A stretch of DNA of 49,864 bases from a virus (taxonomy: Duplodnaviria > Caudoviricetes): IMG/VR virus record IMGVR_UViG_3300032247_000485, positions 1-49,864 of that record; one strand, written 5' to 3'. Position 1 is the first letter of the stretch, and every line of letters begins with the position of its first letter. A model generated the notes under the pieces. It was not told where the DNA came from. It was given only the letters and a program-made list of their open reading frames with translations, and searched no databases. Made by a program: the position numbers and the translations under genes. This document shows positions 30,701-40,200 of the stretch, in pieces.

Positions 30701-33514
30701 CGCAGGTGCGGCGTGTTTAAGAATATTTCCGCCTTGCGACATAATATCAATGTCACGCAAATTACTTTGTCCCGGCACTGTGCCAGTAACTTGTTGACTA
30801 TTTTCAGATATAGTAACCAAGTGATTACGAATTTGTCCTAGTGTCAATGAATCAAAATTGGCATTTAGCGCATTATTATCTAAATTTGTAGGGATTTGAT
30901 AATATCCCATATTACTAACGCTATCACTGAATATTAATATATCAATGCTATCTCCGGCTGTCAGTAACAACGGATTAATTAATACTGCATAACGTACACC
31001 GATTTTTGTCAACCCAAAATTGTTAATATCAATGAATTTACTATTCACCAGTACCTTAACATTTGGTAAAGATGTGCTAGGGTTTGGTAAAATATCAATT
31101 TCAAATAGATTGTTTGTGCCGTCTGCTGTATGTGAAATAATTTGATATTGTTTACTTAATTCGTTTGTTGGAATCCAAACATTGTTTTCGGAATAATTTC
31201 CAATAGAATTGGTAATATGCAAGTACCCAGAGTTTATACTCTTAGAGATTGTTATTGGACTTACAAGATATGAGAATGAATCTTGATCAAAGTTGTTGTC
31301 AAATTGAATATCACCAACATTATTAAAGGTACGGTAACTTAACGGAAACCCCAACACCGCATCATTATTTCCGGTGCCAACTCGATAAGAGAATAACTTA
31401 GTTCCTTCAAAACTACTGTTAACATAAGTGCTTGCATCGCCAAAGCTAACACCGTTGGAGTCAAACATATCAAACATCGGTGCTTGATTAACCGTTGATT
31501 TTTGTTGTGATAGGTTCCATGCATTGCCATCGTACCAAAATTCTTTTCCGGCGTTGGCTCCGCCTGTGACCAAAACATTATTGTCAGCAACAAATTCAGA
31601 TCCCAAAATCGGGGCAATTGTACAAATATATTGATGTGTAAACAGGTTTTCACTAATGTCAACCACATTAAAAAGATACACGCTTGATTTAACCGCAGGG
31701 TTTACATCGGATGAAAATACTACTTTGTCTCCATTGTGTAGTGTGACAGACCCACCATTAATTGAAATAGTAAGTGATGTAGAATTAGTTGCAGCTTTAC
31801 TTTCAATTTGAAGGTACGCATTAGTTACCAAACTATCAAGTATATTGATTGGTGATTTGGCAACCGCACCGTAGTTGTATAAATGTATGTCGGCATTGAA
31901 TTCAATAATAGGGCGACTTGCCCTGGTGGCTTGGTCTAACAATAATTCTGTATTATTGTATAATGCAGTCTGCTGAAGTACTTCAATATGAAACCAACGA
32001 TTGCTTCTGCTCCATGCATTTAAGTCAACACTGCTCCTGTTGATTGTTAGATAATCTTGTGTTAATAAATCAGGTAATTCGGGAGTGATTAAATCAGTTA
32101 CTGGAACTAATCTAATAGAGGTGCCCACCCCTTCAACATAAAACTCTTTGGTATCATACTCTGTTCCAGCAGTTGAATCAAATGTTACTTTTAGGCCATT
32201 GGTAAATGTAATTCCGTTGGGACTTGTGTATGATTTTTTACCAATGATATCAGCTGTTGGATCTATTGTTGCATCTGCTGGATCTACTAGTATGAAGGCA
32301 CCATTGGCAGTACCATTTTGTGAATTCTGATAATATAAAGCGGGCAACGATGCAGTAAGCAACGGCACTGTTTTGTACGTACTAGTATAATCTAAATAAA
32401 ATTCTCTTGCAGAATTTTTGGCACCAGATTTGACATACACACGCTCATTCTTATTAATTGTGTCGTATGCCACTAGAGTAATTATATTTGTGTTTTGATC
32501 TACTTGTACAATCCAAGTCTTTGTTCTATCACTTGTTGGCACCACCAACAACGGATCAATTGGCTGTTTTGTTGTTGGGTTAATGTTAGACGGTATTGTC
32601 CAATAATAGTCGTCTACTCCGGGTCCGACAAATATGATTTTTTTACCAATTGGGTTAGATGCCACTCCGTCAAACCCGCCAAGTGCGGCCAAGTGGTCTG
32701 TGGTCGCACCGTGAATATCACTATAGTTCAATGCGGTCGCAAAGTCAACTGCCTGACTTAGTGGCATATTGGTGTAACGTGACTGACCGTCGGGTTGAGG
32801 AACTGTAAATACCACCGACCCCGATGATGCGCCATTGTTGGTTACCCCAAGTACATCTCGAGTATTGACATTGGGGTGATTGGGATCTGTTCCAGCAATG
32901 CCCGGTGCAGATTGAATCCAGAATGACCCAGATTCAACATTGAATGTATATTTTCCGCCTCGTGCAAGTGTTAATGTTGGATTGTCTTTGGCATTGGCGG
33001 CACTGGTAAACTGATATGCCCCAGTAACTGGATCGGATGTGACTGTCCAAGTATATTCAGTCGGAACTCCGCTTGCTGTTACTGCGACCGCATCTGGCCC
33101 TGTTGCTAGCCAATAGTATTGACTAAAGTTGACAAACTTATCTAGATCAAAATGTCCATCGTAACTATAAGTTTGATTTCTAAATAAACGACTATGGTCA
33201 GTGGTATTACCACCGTAAAATTTAATTTTATTAATTAAATCAACATAACTGCTGTAAAACTCTGTAGTGTTAGTTTCTGGGTTGAATACTACTGTGCTTG
33301 GTTCGAGTTGATAATTCTGACGATCAAGATTGGACTCATTGATATAACTATCACTTGTTTTATAAGTGGGTGCAAATTTTCTACCTATATATCCATTAAC
33401 TTTCTTAAAGTTTGGCTCACTGACCAATTGGTCTAGAGTCGCATTGAGAAACTTTTTATTGGTATCTGTTTGGAAAACTTCTGGTAAAAAGTTAATTGTT
33501 TTTATTGCTGCCAT
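21713..33514 (-). CDS. Giant (3933 aa) baseplate-associated structural protein
   Basis: Follows the gp6-like gene. Contains seven FG-GAP-like repeats, a CBM5/12-like motif (WQPGHDYKKGDLVAY) and T4 wedge-type GxGY/F-T..P.VTI repeats. Confidence 0.8.
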   Translation of the reverse strand: MAAIKTINFLPEVFQTDTNKKFLNATLDQLVSEPNFKKVNGYIGRKFAPTYKTSDSYINESNLDRQNYQLEPSTVVFNPETNTTEFYSSYVDLINKIKFYGGNTTDHSRLFRNQTYSYDGHFDLDKFVNFSQYYWLATGPDAVAVTASGVPTEYTWTVTSDPVTGAYQFTSAANAKDNPTLTLARGGKYTFNVESGSFWIQSAPGIAGTDPNHPNVNTRDVLGVTNNGASSGSVVFTVPQPDGQSRYTNMPLSQAVDFATALNYSDIHGATTDHLAALGGFDGVASNPIGKKIIFVGPGVDDYYWTIPSNINPTTKQPIDPLLVVPTSDRTKTWIVQVDQNTNIITLVAYDTINKNERVYVKSGAKNSAREFYLDYTSTYKTVPLLTASLPALYYQNSQNGTANGAFILVDPADATIDPTADIIGKKSYTSPNGITFTNGLKVTFDSTAGTEYDTKEFYVEGVGTSIRLVPVTDLITPELPDLLTQDYLTINRSSVDLNAWSRSNRWFHIEVLQQTALYNNTELLLDQATRASRPIIEFNADIHLYNYGAVAKSPINILDSLVTNAYLQIESKAATNSTSLTISINGGSVTLHNGDKVVFSSDVNPAVKSSVYLFNVVDISENLFTHQYICTIAPILGSEFVADNNVLVTGGANAGKEFWYDGNAWNLSQQKSTVNQAPMFDMFDSNGVSFGDASTYVNSSFEGTKLFSYRVGTGNNDAVLGFPLSYRTFNNVGDIQFDNNFDQDSFSYLVSPITISKSINSGYLHITNSIGNYSENNVWIPTNELSKQYQIISHTADGTNNLFEIDILPNPSTSLPNVKVLVNSKFIDINNFGLTKIGVRYAVLINPLLLTAGDSIDILIFSDSVSNMGYYQIPTNLDNNALNANFDSLTLGQIRNHLVTISENSQQVTGTVPGQSNLRDIDIMSQGGNILKHAAPAVYSNLFLVDNKINFIEGIRLATKEYSKFKNKILELSTKSPIDTNDISGSLDNILSIINGVKNSGFPWYYSDMLPWGSNKTVLPEYTVLDPRIREYELSTIFDDTVLSNKAVLIYLTRTVDTVTTKSLLVKDRDYTFNKTNPGFTINTDFNLNYDDILTVVEYQDTDGNYVPETPTKMGMWPKHYPEIVISDTYSSNGPIMVIQGHDGSVTPAFGDYRDDLLLEFERRIYNNIKQELSPAIVDISKYFPGKFRVTDYTIDEFNQVLSSTFLTWIGNNRLDYSTNSHFQSNNPWTWNYKYFRDTVTGDFLQGTWHAVFDYFYDTQTPHTTPWEMLGFINKPDYWDARYGAAPYTGGNMLLWTDLSLGYIAGNDRSGVTPGIYSQFARPGLLNIIPVDDAGNIRPPSEFLVRDFDSSRANASYAIGDFGPAETAWRNSSEFPFALMTTLSLVKPALFFSEFSNINTYNFNYSVNQFLVDGVNRHLTPTDIEVNGYTENGVVYRTAGYINWISDYLKNQGYADPQSTIKQYLKDLNVQLSYRTAGFTDKRYIKVLAEQGSPSSTNDSIIIPDENYRIELNKSVPIEKISYSAVIVERTQGGYTVSGYSLSTPYFTIIPSLASNNAYSITTGKLTTVVYRDYQKVRVRVPYGFEFSTVQEVVDFLVSYQRQLQSQGFIFTDFDTDLKEKQDWVLSAKEFMTWTMQGWLPGNVIILSPVNQSLSVVTTDSVVDEITNLPTGSKLLDPNFAVITSNNFSVIRQDNTFKVSSIKGQTITFAELHLVQYEHVIIFSNKTSFNDVIYSPETGNRQYRLKFIGSKTANWTGALNPPGFIYNSNNVDAWQPGHDYKKGDLVAYKNTYYVALDKIVANDLFNVKYWKQVNQSSIKTGLLPNFATNASKFANIYDIDNQPADETISFYSNGMVGFRERSYLTDLALDIDTQSKFYQGYIKQKGTKSAILALAQAQLANISNEVHIYEEWALRVGEYGATDVNRYVEVVLDEAVITNNPAPIQFIDNGVAPVENITTIHPTDWYQATLNNTSEMFDVYTSSSDHLKLPVAGYVNISDVDDTIFDIANYSDLGNIINSIGTGYTIWAAKGFIHGSEWDVYRVGPTNCLVTSMSYSIDNIATLTMSNGHNLSIGDIVAVKNFDNRFNGFYQVYTIPDSNQITVGLRQNYALLSQLKTVSGNGILFKLSTARINTPSDVDSVTPMYGWGENDKVWVDDLDGAGNWGVYSKTSPWAYSNTVSLNASEYQGFDNFGQSLKLSSNGKIMFTGAPNGGTGRVALFLKTSDGSWLENSNFVNGSTGTLGFGTLIDASDVSVIVSAPTSQGSKGYVFVYSIDSSGVNLSQVITVPGGLANDLFGASASVNSDGNWLYIGAPGAGKVYAYGRQVITSSIQTVSASGANNDFTLTDQTVTDASDILVTGAVPYIPNIDYIIYNSSGTYKLRFINSSGVATPPAAGSILVTYHTHYKLLDTWTQAVGFGASIKTNANGDQIVVGSYDEAVGNAVQAGKAYVYDRMIEGFISTGNNNTFIPSRPIGDIFRVTIDGMIKVQGVDYNLIGNNIQFITPPLAGTQIDIEVNVEINTFNLIQVLTNNTPGDRQQMGRSIDLSPTGDVLVGATQYTTNNYNSGAVYRFTNQGRKYGVITSNIYEPTVTVGHSIRINRVEITFTESTLAHVVNKINGSGVAGISAVNNNGYLQITSTRNVPNYKLDILPGTGTALTDLGLLVFAETQKILHPGNNTEVFGAVIASNDTGTSLAISSVGGSIINQTTLDSDSTTFDVASTQFSDQVGNTGMVYIYDLMENPYENVSNPALFAYVQQLNAPHISSNYNFGSSIDIIGDYIAVGASNGSEITPQGGSIYTFASAGITHGWDLIRYKEPRVDQESIDKIYIYNKTTNTILAKMDYIDPVKGKVLGEAQQDLDFIAEYDPAIYNDGTGIDTGPTNKFNTSFHWSDLQVGKTWWDISQVRYIDYEQDTLVYRSKHWGQVFTGSVFKVYEWVESPYIPSQYVANGGNGIPKYQDNSSYVSYTQVDSSTGLFNVRYYYWVSDKTTVDVDRTNRSNSVYSLQQMLASPKDQGIPYAAAIATNAINLYNVGTYLTGTNTILHIDYSPRKASNIIHSEYDLVAENSSTGSLPARIVTKLQDSLAGLDSAGLVVPDPSLGISSQIGIGIRPRQSVFINRMTGLENFVKYVNTVLAKSPVVYTRDLTKLRAGSAYPTSGTGAWTISVDTKAELAYVDTTSMPNGYKILVLNDTDNDGLWAIYSWVASTQTWLLVQIQSYKTDIYWTTIDWYASDFDYTLTPTYTIDLYQDIEKLNLVPGDTIKLRDNGEGSFVYYRVASNSGVDQVGIQNGTIQLSSTLYDLAAGKMAYDNDNFDTIRFDQTPNEEVRHIFDAIHSDIFIDDLAIEFNSLFFSLVNYIFSEQKSTDWIFKTSFIKVMHKIRELIQYPSYVKDNQTFYENYINEVKPYRTQIREYVPAYNGIDYLHTGATDFDLPSHYDSTSRTYRSPDGSSVTDPIFLKSARYIDWYNNHKYSVASINVSNGGTGFTLAPNVTITGGGGSGAIAYAEINTLYGNISGVTVVNPGRGYTSTPTITVNGNGTGAALVSTLHNVFYSPSPADSYNTVRTFDTEIKFDRVGFRANVVDWTANTAYTANISVGHGTGNIWLHDGDLVSYDSKLYYPFAAAVTTETTFDSSFYQLVTPGNTLVKANERVMGMYSPGVGMPGRELATLVGGVEYPGVKLQGMDFANTQATFMDSTISSTYLDTSIGTRPEDINIDGGAYVDRFSSHAPEELVPGRMYDALDMKVFTKITGNTVVLGYRAFYNMNGNVTYTRIANAYTTTLSANLNLTDSNVQVTDASILPAPNPAMGIPGVVFINGEKITYYTRDTTNNVIGQLRRGVDGTGSPGLHAVNSLVVDSSIQQEIVGNVHTNTWLNMTANVADGTGFEGSTTSEVLFLKASPSYAQEAVVQSIFVDDNGNIIVDNYGNPLWT

Positions 33515-33530
33515 ATATTTAATTTACGAG

Positions 33531-36500
33531 TTATACAATATTTAAGCCAGCCGCAGTTTGGTTCAATTGCGAAGCTGTAATTGCTGTTATAATTTCAACG
33601 TTGTCCACTGTTGCGGCGCTAACAATAATTTCGTTAGCCTCTGCATTGATTTGATATAAATTACCAAATTGGGCAGTGCTTGTATTTGGAACAATAATAA
33701 TACTACTAACATTTGGAGTTAGTTTATTGTGTAGATATGCACTTAGCTCTGAAAAATAGAATGTTTCACCAAAATCCCAATTGGCAATATCAAAGTAACT
33801 ATTAATTGCTGTAATTACTTGGCTCTTAATATCGTTATCACTCACTGTGATATTTGGATTTTTAACAATCTTAAATGTTGCTCTCAATTCAGAAATAGCC
33901 TTGTCGCCGAATATAGGCTTGAACTTTACAGTGTTATAAATGATGGTATCACTCATGGCCTTGAGATTTTCCAATGATCCAAATTCTGTGCGTAATTCTT
34001 CTGTGGTCGGAGCAACTGGTTTTGTCACCTTGTTGCTAGTATCTCTAATCCATGCGCTATATGTATCATAGTATGATTTGACCAACAAGTACACATCCAT
34101 AATATTATTTGGACTTGGATCAATGCGACGATTATTTGGACTATTATGACGGTATTGGAAATATAAATCTTGTCTACCAACTCGTGCAATATAGTCCGAT
34201 GAACTAGATATAGAGCCGTTGCTTAACAGATAGAACTTGTTTTCATCTATGGCATAGAATACCTGACCGCTGGCATATAATACTGCATTTAACAATACTG
34301 CATTTCTGGTAGTGTGTGTGGTAACAATGGTATTTGCATCTACTACAGAATATGTAATGAAGCTACTGTAATCAATAGTCTGTTTAAAAAATACATATTT
34401 GCTAGAACTATTCACCGTTGGGCCAACCAATGAATCAAATAGTGTTGGATCATCTGGTATTCCATCATTGTTTGAATCCGGGAAAGTAATTAACACTTTC
34501 TGTGTATCTTGATAACCATCACTTTGCACAATACTATCATATACATACCACGTTTGATCATGATTTAGTGGTTGCGAAGAATCAGGCAAACTATTGGTGC
34601 GTAAAATCTTAATATGATCTTTGAGTATCAATCCAGTATTACTATCATATACTTTAACTTTAGGATCAAAATAGAATCGTGTTTCTAACACACTTTGAAC
34701 ATAATAATATAGGCTGCGTTGATTAATAGTATATTGTCCGTTGGCATAGGTAAACGCCAAAAACCAACTACTATCAGTACTAGTCCCTGCTGTTGCCAAG
34801 TCGAATGTGCCCAGACTAAGATTAACATCTGTGATCAACGTCCAAGTGGTGGTTGGAATATTATAACGAATACCAAAATTCTTGTTTGCTAGAATTTGAC
34901 TAGAGATACTTGCAATAAAAGTAGAGTTCCAGTCATTCTTAAAGACCGGAATAATATATCCAACTAACGCACCTGTTGGTATATCCTGACTTAGCGTTGC
35001 CATATTTACCCCGGACTGCATGCCTATAGAATCCACCGCGGCAAATATGTATGTCTTGTCTGTGCTCGATGTTGCAGTACCTGCTATTAATTCATTATCT
35101 TTGTTAAAATAATATCCACTAGGCGGAACAAATTTTAGCAAGGCACCCATATCAATATATTGATAGTTGCCCGTGGCGCCAGTACCAATGGTTGTACCTG
35201 CATTAAAGTAACCAGTGGAAGTTCCGGTTGTAAAAGATACTGCATTCCATGTTGCTGTTGTAGTTGGTACAAATTGTGTGGCTTTGTCATAATACAAATG
35301 CAACATTTCTTTAGTGCCAATTAATGGCTTGGCAACATTGTAAATTACACGGTTAACATCGTTAGCGGTATTGTATGTAAAATTTGTAGTATTAGTTGAA
35401 TAGTTTCTGTATACTAGTCCGTCCTCAGCAAAGATATTTGTACTAGAATATTTTCCACTGGAATCAACTACATCAAGATATCTGCTAGTCCCCGAACTTG
35501 TTCGGTTAACAGCCTTGACTTTTAAAATATTATTAAAGCTGGTAAAAGGAACAATGTTGTAATCTTCTCCGGTAATCATACGATTTTGTGTATAATACTG
35601 TTGAGGGGCTTTTGTACGAATATCGTCGATTGTTTCTTTTGCCGAGCTATTTGTGACTGTATAGTGCAAACTTGCACTAACTGTTAGAGTTTCAACTCTG
35701 TTGTTACGACTAACATACTGTAGACTAATGGCAATAGATTGCATTTCGTCCGGAGTAATTTTATAACTCAAACCATTACTTTGGCGATAATATAAACGGA
35801 AGTTGCCTTGTGGAATATTTGCAAAGGCCCCGTCACCAAATACTAGATCAATTTGATCATTGCTACGAGTATTAACTTGATATAAGTTACGTTCTGTTTC
35901 TTGATTGTAAACTACGTTAAGTCCGCTGACCGCAGGAACTTGGGTCCACTTGGTGCCAAGTGTATTTTGACTTGTAAGACTATACAACCATACGTCGGTA
36001 TTATTAATGTTATCAAAGTTGATACTTGCCACACGATTTGGTAAACTGTCAGTTAAGCTAAAATCAAGAGTTTTTAACTCGCCTTGTTTAAAATAAACAA
36101 AGAATCCTGTATTGTTTGATCCATTGCCCTGATTATCATTTTTATAAAGTAGATTAAAAACGTTATTTGGACTTGGAGCACGTTCGTATATGTAATTTTG
36201 ATTATAACTTGTTGGACTTACAGCCTCAAACGGCATGGTAATTCCCTCTACCGCTGATGTAAATTTATATACCGGAATTGCGCCCTGCACTACACTGACG
36301 CTATATTCATTGTTTAAAATATTATTAATGGTATTTGACGCACCGGGCTTACCAATTACCTGATTGTTAACCAGTGTGGCATTGATAATAGAAGTAAATT
36401 GTTCTAACCAATTTTCATTTGCACCGTCATTCCAAGAGATTACTAGATTTGATAGATTTAGTCCGTTACTATCTGTGATAGTTTCAGTTGTGCTTACACT

Positions 36501-36863
36501 ATTGATTTTTAAATATCCTGTGGCAGGACTGTTTCTTTTGGGATTGTAACTGATTAAGCGGGCTAGTTTAAGTACACTGTCTCGACGTTCTGCGGTATCT
36601 AAAAAGTTCTCACGTGCATTTAAGTCTGTACGGAATGCCAGGCTTTGTCCTAAAAATGCAATTAAATCTATTAGCGCAATATATTCACTACTCTCTGTGA
36701 AGTCATTGAAATCTTCAGGGTAGTAAGTACGCAAATAGTCAATCATTGACTTGCGTAGAGTCTCATAATCATAACTTTGGAAGTCCGCATTGCGGAAAGT
36801 TTGATACAATTTTGTCCAATCTTGCTGGACCAATAAACTAGTTTGACGTGTTGTAATAGCCAT
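33531..36863 (-). CDS. Baseplate wedge subunit, T4 gp6-like
   Basis: DYETLRKSM..YL, ENFLDTAERRDSVLKLA...Y.P, FGDG, ETIDDIRTKAP..YYTQNRMITGEDY and DFGETFY.SEL. Confidence 0.9.
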   Translation of the reverse strand: MAITTRQTSLLVQQDWTKLYQTFRNADFQSYDYETLRKSMIDYLRTYYPEDFNDFTESSEYIALIDLIAFLGQSLAFRTDLNARENFLDTAERRDSVLKLARLISYNPKRNSPATGYLKINSVSTTETITDSNGLNLSNLVISWNDGANENWLEQFTSIINATLVNNQVIGKPGASNTINNILNNEYSVSVVQGAIPVYKFTSAVEGITMPFEAVSPTSYNQNYIYERAPSPNNVFNLLYKNDNQGNGSNNTGFFVYFKQGELKTLDFSLTDSLPNRVASINFDNINNTDVWLYSLTSQNTLGTKWTQVPAVSGLNVVYNQETERNLYQVNTRSNDQIDLVFGDGAFANIPQGNFRLYYRQSNGLSYKITPDEMQSIAISLQYVSRNNRVETLTVSASLHYTVTNSSAKETIDDIRTKAPQQYYTQNRMITGEDYNIVPFTSFNNILKVKAVNRTSSGTSRYLDVVDSSGKYSSTNIFAEDGLVYRNYSTNTTNFTYNTANDVNRVIYNVAKPLIGTKEMLHLYYDKATQFVPTTTATWNAVSFTTGTSTGYFNAGTTIGTGATGNYQYIDMGALLKFVPPSGYYFNKDNELIAGTATSSTDKTYIFAAVDSIGMQSGVNMATLSQDIPTGALVGYIIPVFKNDWNSTFIASISSQILANKNFGIRYNIPTTTWTLITDVNLSLGTFDLATAGTSTDSSWFLAFTYANGQYTINQRSLYYYVQSVLETRFYFDPKVKVYDSNTGLILKDHIKILRTNSLPDSSQPLNHDQTWYVYDSIVQSDGYQDTQKVLITFPDSNNDGIPDDPTLFDSLVGPTVNSSSKYVFFKQTIDYSSFITYSVVDANTIVTTHTTRNAVLLNAVLYASGQVFYAIDENKFYLLSNGSISSSSDYIARVGRQDLYFQYRHNSPNNRRIDPSPNNIMDVYLLVKSYYDTYSAWIRDTSNKVTKPVAPTTEELRTEFGSLENLKAMSDTIIYNTVKFKPIFGDKAISELRATFKIVKNPNITVSDNDIKSQVITAINSYFDIANWDFGETFYFSELSAYLHNKLTPNVSSIIIVPNTSTAQFGNLYQINAEANEIIVSAATVDNVEIITAITASQLNQTAAGLNIV

Positions 36864-36881
36864 ATCTATACCTATATCCAG

Positions 36882-36888
36882 TATTTAT
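36882..36888 (-). promoter_or_regulatory. Late promoter box ATAAATA
   Basis: Intergenic, 18 nt upstream of ATG 36863. Confidence 0.7.
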
Positions 36889-36910
36889 GGACTATTAAAA
36901 ACAGCTATTA

Positions 36911-37285
36911 TTAAGAAGAAGTCAAACTTTGACTGTTCTTATCAAAGGTCAGGCGCATACTGGTGACTGTATTTCCCGGTAGATAGGTTAGACCTATTTG
37001 TAGTTGTAACCCATACTCTAGCTGCTGGATGATTACTTCGTCTACTCTTAGTCTTGGATCATAACTTACTACTTCAGTTACATCATCTAAGATGGCCTTT
37101 TTAACTTCTTCAGTCAAGGGCTCGAACAGCATATTCCAAACAATACTACCAAATTTGGGTTGCATTAGTTTTTCGCCTTTGCGAATATGGAAGTGATTGA
37201 GCAAGTCGCGTTTGATTAGATCCAGGTCAGTTAGTCTAAACTTTTTGTTCTGATCAATTGTGCTAAAACCTTTGTATGTTGACAT
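36911..37285 (-). CDS. Baseplate wedge protein, gp25-like
   Basis: IKRDLLN...RKGEKLMQPKFGS...LFEP...YDPR. Confidence 0.92.
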   Translation of the reverse strand: MSTYKGFSTIDQNKKFRLTDLDLIKRDLLNHFHIRKGEKLMQPKFGSIVWNMLFEPLTEEVKKAILDDVTEVVSYDPRLRVDEVIIQQLEYGLQLQIGLTYLPGNTVTSMRLTFDKNSQSLTSS

Positions 37286-37290
37286 AACGA

Positions 37291-37297
37291 TATTTAT
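37291..37297 (-). promoter_or_regulatory. Late promoter box ATAAATA (possible leaderless gp25 mRNA)
   Basis: 5 nt upstream of ATG 37285, overlapping the upstream stop. No SD is visible in between. Confidence 0.55.
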
Positions 37298-40200
37298 CCT
37301 GCATTGGTTCCGGGTAGATCCTGGATAGTTGCTAGATTTTGAGGTCTCAGATCGGGCTGTAATTGTACATGCGGTGGATCACCAACCGGATCAAACAAAT
37401 ACAAACCAAATTTGGCCAGTATACCCATGCTGTTCATTTCGGCTGCGGCCGCTGTACCAACATCTGCTGCGATACCCAGTCCATGGTTACCTACTATCTT
37501 AACTGGTCTACTAATATTACCATATGGACTAACATTAACTGTTGGGTTACCGGGCAATTGTCCTCCCGCTGCGATCCATCCATTGTAAATTGCATCTTGC
37601 TCTTTTTGTGTACGAACTGTGCTGCTAATTGTAAGTTTCTTGCCGGTCTTCTCTTTGTATTCTTGAGCGGCCGATAGTAACCTATCTCTGAAATCTGCCG
37701 TGGCTGCATCAAAGTGTGCTCGGTCACCGGATCTAGTACTAAATGTCAATACATCGTCGGGATTAATTCCACTGGTCAGGGCAGACCGTGCCGCAAGTGC
37801 AGGAGCCCCCGCCGATGCAATACTTAACACGTCAATGGCATATCGTCCTTGGTTATATGGTGCAATACCCAAGGCATTACCATTGCCGCTATTCAAACGC
37901 TGTTGTCTCCAGAACTTGGCTTGGTCCGGAGGGTTGCCCGATATAAATCCGCGCTCGCTGTCACGGAAATAATATGCCACTGCAATCATACCAGCAACTG
38001 TACAAACATCATCCTGTATAGCAATACCTTGATTTTTAACTAGGGCCGCATAATAATCGTTAATGATTTTTTCCATTAACGAGTTTTGCACACCTTTGCC
38101 CGATGTAAAATCACTTACGCTGTTTATGCCATCTTTGCCTGTATATGCATCATCTCTAAATACAGCCTGTGTCTTATACATCTTAACGTAGTCAGGTTTG
38201 ATATATCCGTAATCACGTAGTAGAATGTTATTAAATTTATAACGACCAATACGCCCAAGTGTGGTATCTTGTGCAGTATAATCAGAGTCGCTTTCAGCAT
38301 ATCCAATTTGTACCATCAATGCTTTGACTTGCGTTGCAATTAATCCTGGTATTTTGTCTTGTGTAGATGCAATAGCAACTGGATTAGGTGCATCGGCTTT
38401 ACTCATTGATTCTTGTGGTGCAGGTTTTTCAACTGGCTTGCCTTTTGCTGCTTCTTGTCCCGGATCCAGGGCGCCCGCACCTGTTGTTACTGGCGCACCA
38501 CTGCCACTGGTTACTACTGCTCCGGTTCCGCTTGTTACTACATTAGTATTGCCATTGGCCTTTAAAAAGTCCCACTGTGATTTTAATGCCAATTCAGATT
38601 GAGTCACAGCACCATGAGCAGAATTTGTTCCAACTCCGTCGTAACGACCGCGACCTAATTTAGGATCCACAACACTTGCCCACTCTCCAGCTGTGGCCGA
38701 TATTGCTTCTGTTAATAGAGCCTGGTCATCTTTGTTGGGATTACTCAAATACGCATTAATTTTAGGTTGTTTACTCTTGCATAGATAGTTGACAAAAATA
38801 TTATCTTGTACTTCTTTACTGAACGGTGAACTTGTGTTAATTCCCAACTTGGTACATGCCGCAGTCAGGGTAGTCGGAATACATTGATACCGACCAACTG
38901 CAAACAAACGTTTAGTTTTGTTTTCTGGAGTCTGTGGCAAATTCATTGCGGCAAGTATTTCACTAATTGGCATGTTAGTTAAGTCTAGCGACTCTCTTGG
39001 TGAGCCTGTTCCGGGTGGCGGACTTGATCCTCGGTTAAACGCATTGTATGCTGGTCTTCCGGATTCTAAACTTGCAATATAATCTCCAAACGGCCCTGCT
39101 CCACTGCCCACGTCAACAACTGTAGAACCTGGTGCCACACCGCCAGGAGGAGCACACACACTGGTTTGTTTAACTGGTTGTGGTGCTGGAGCAAATTGAC
39201 TTACAACTTTTTTAGCTGGCGCACCTTTACCGGCACCACGTGGCCACGGTTCGTGCGACGGCGCAATCATTGCTATGGATTCAAAAACAGATTCTTGATT
39301 GACCCACTTGCCATCTGTCCATCCAGTATCACTTTGTTCATATGTCTTCAAGTTAGGAACTTCGGCCACTGCTGGCGGAGACTCGGTATTGAGCATAATC
39401 TTACTGCCTTTTAGAACCAACTTACCGTCACTGTTCCACCCACCACTAGCAGACTGCATGGTCATTGCCCCGTCACTGAGTATACCAACTTTGCCTGCGC
39501 CAATGCTTAGTCCACTTGTGGCACGTATAGTGTGTGTTGCTGTTTCTGTGGCTATTGCACCTTCGGCCTTCATTTTAATTGTTCCGCCACTGTGCATATT
39601 GATATCTTTATCACTGTGCAGGTTTAAATCACCTTCTGTACGAATGTTTAACCCGGCGCTACTGTACAAGTTAATATGCCCGCCACCTGTAAATTCCATC
39701 CAGACACTGCCGTCACTATTAGCGATATACATACTACGGTCTGTGTCATTCATCATGATCTGATGTCCACCAGCTGTGCGTAAACGTATTAACTGACTGC
39801 CACCGGTTTGATCGCCATCGTCCATTACAAATGTATGTCCGCCCTTGCGACCTTTAATTGCATAGTCTACATCTGTCAGCGTTCCAGCTTTTAACTTGTC
39901 CGCAAATGTTGGATCATCCATTGGATCGTTTGTTGGTCTGCCGGGTGTGCTTATTCCAAATACATTGCTAGGACTTTCTCGTTGGCTGCTCGATGTAACT
40001 GCACCGCGTACTCGATCTCTATCAAGTCCTTGATTAAGCAGAACGTTTGCCTGGAACGGATGTACTGGTTTTCCGTTGTTGACCCATGTAGGAGATGCGG
40101 CCGCATCTGTAGTTTCGTTAAATTCGGCAACTGGCCAATTACTTGTTGCAGGATCATATAACCCTTTAAGTTTGGCATCTTTTGTACTTTCGTTATCCAC

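Noticed and set aside
33512-33521. TAAATA 1 nt before the ATG of the giant gene as a late promoter
   Set aside because: It lacks the leading A of the ATAAATA core and is too close to the ATG for the transcript to include it. It is more likely an AT-rich initiation region.
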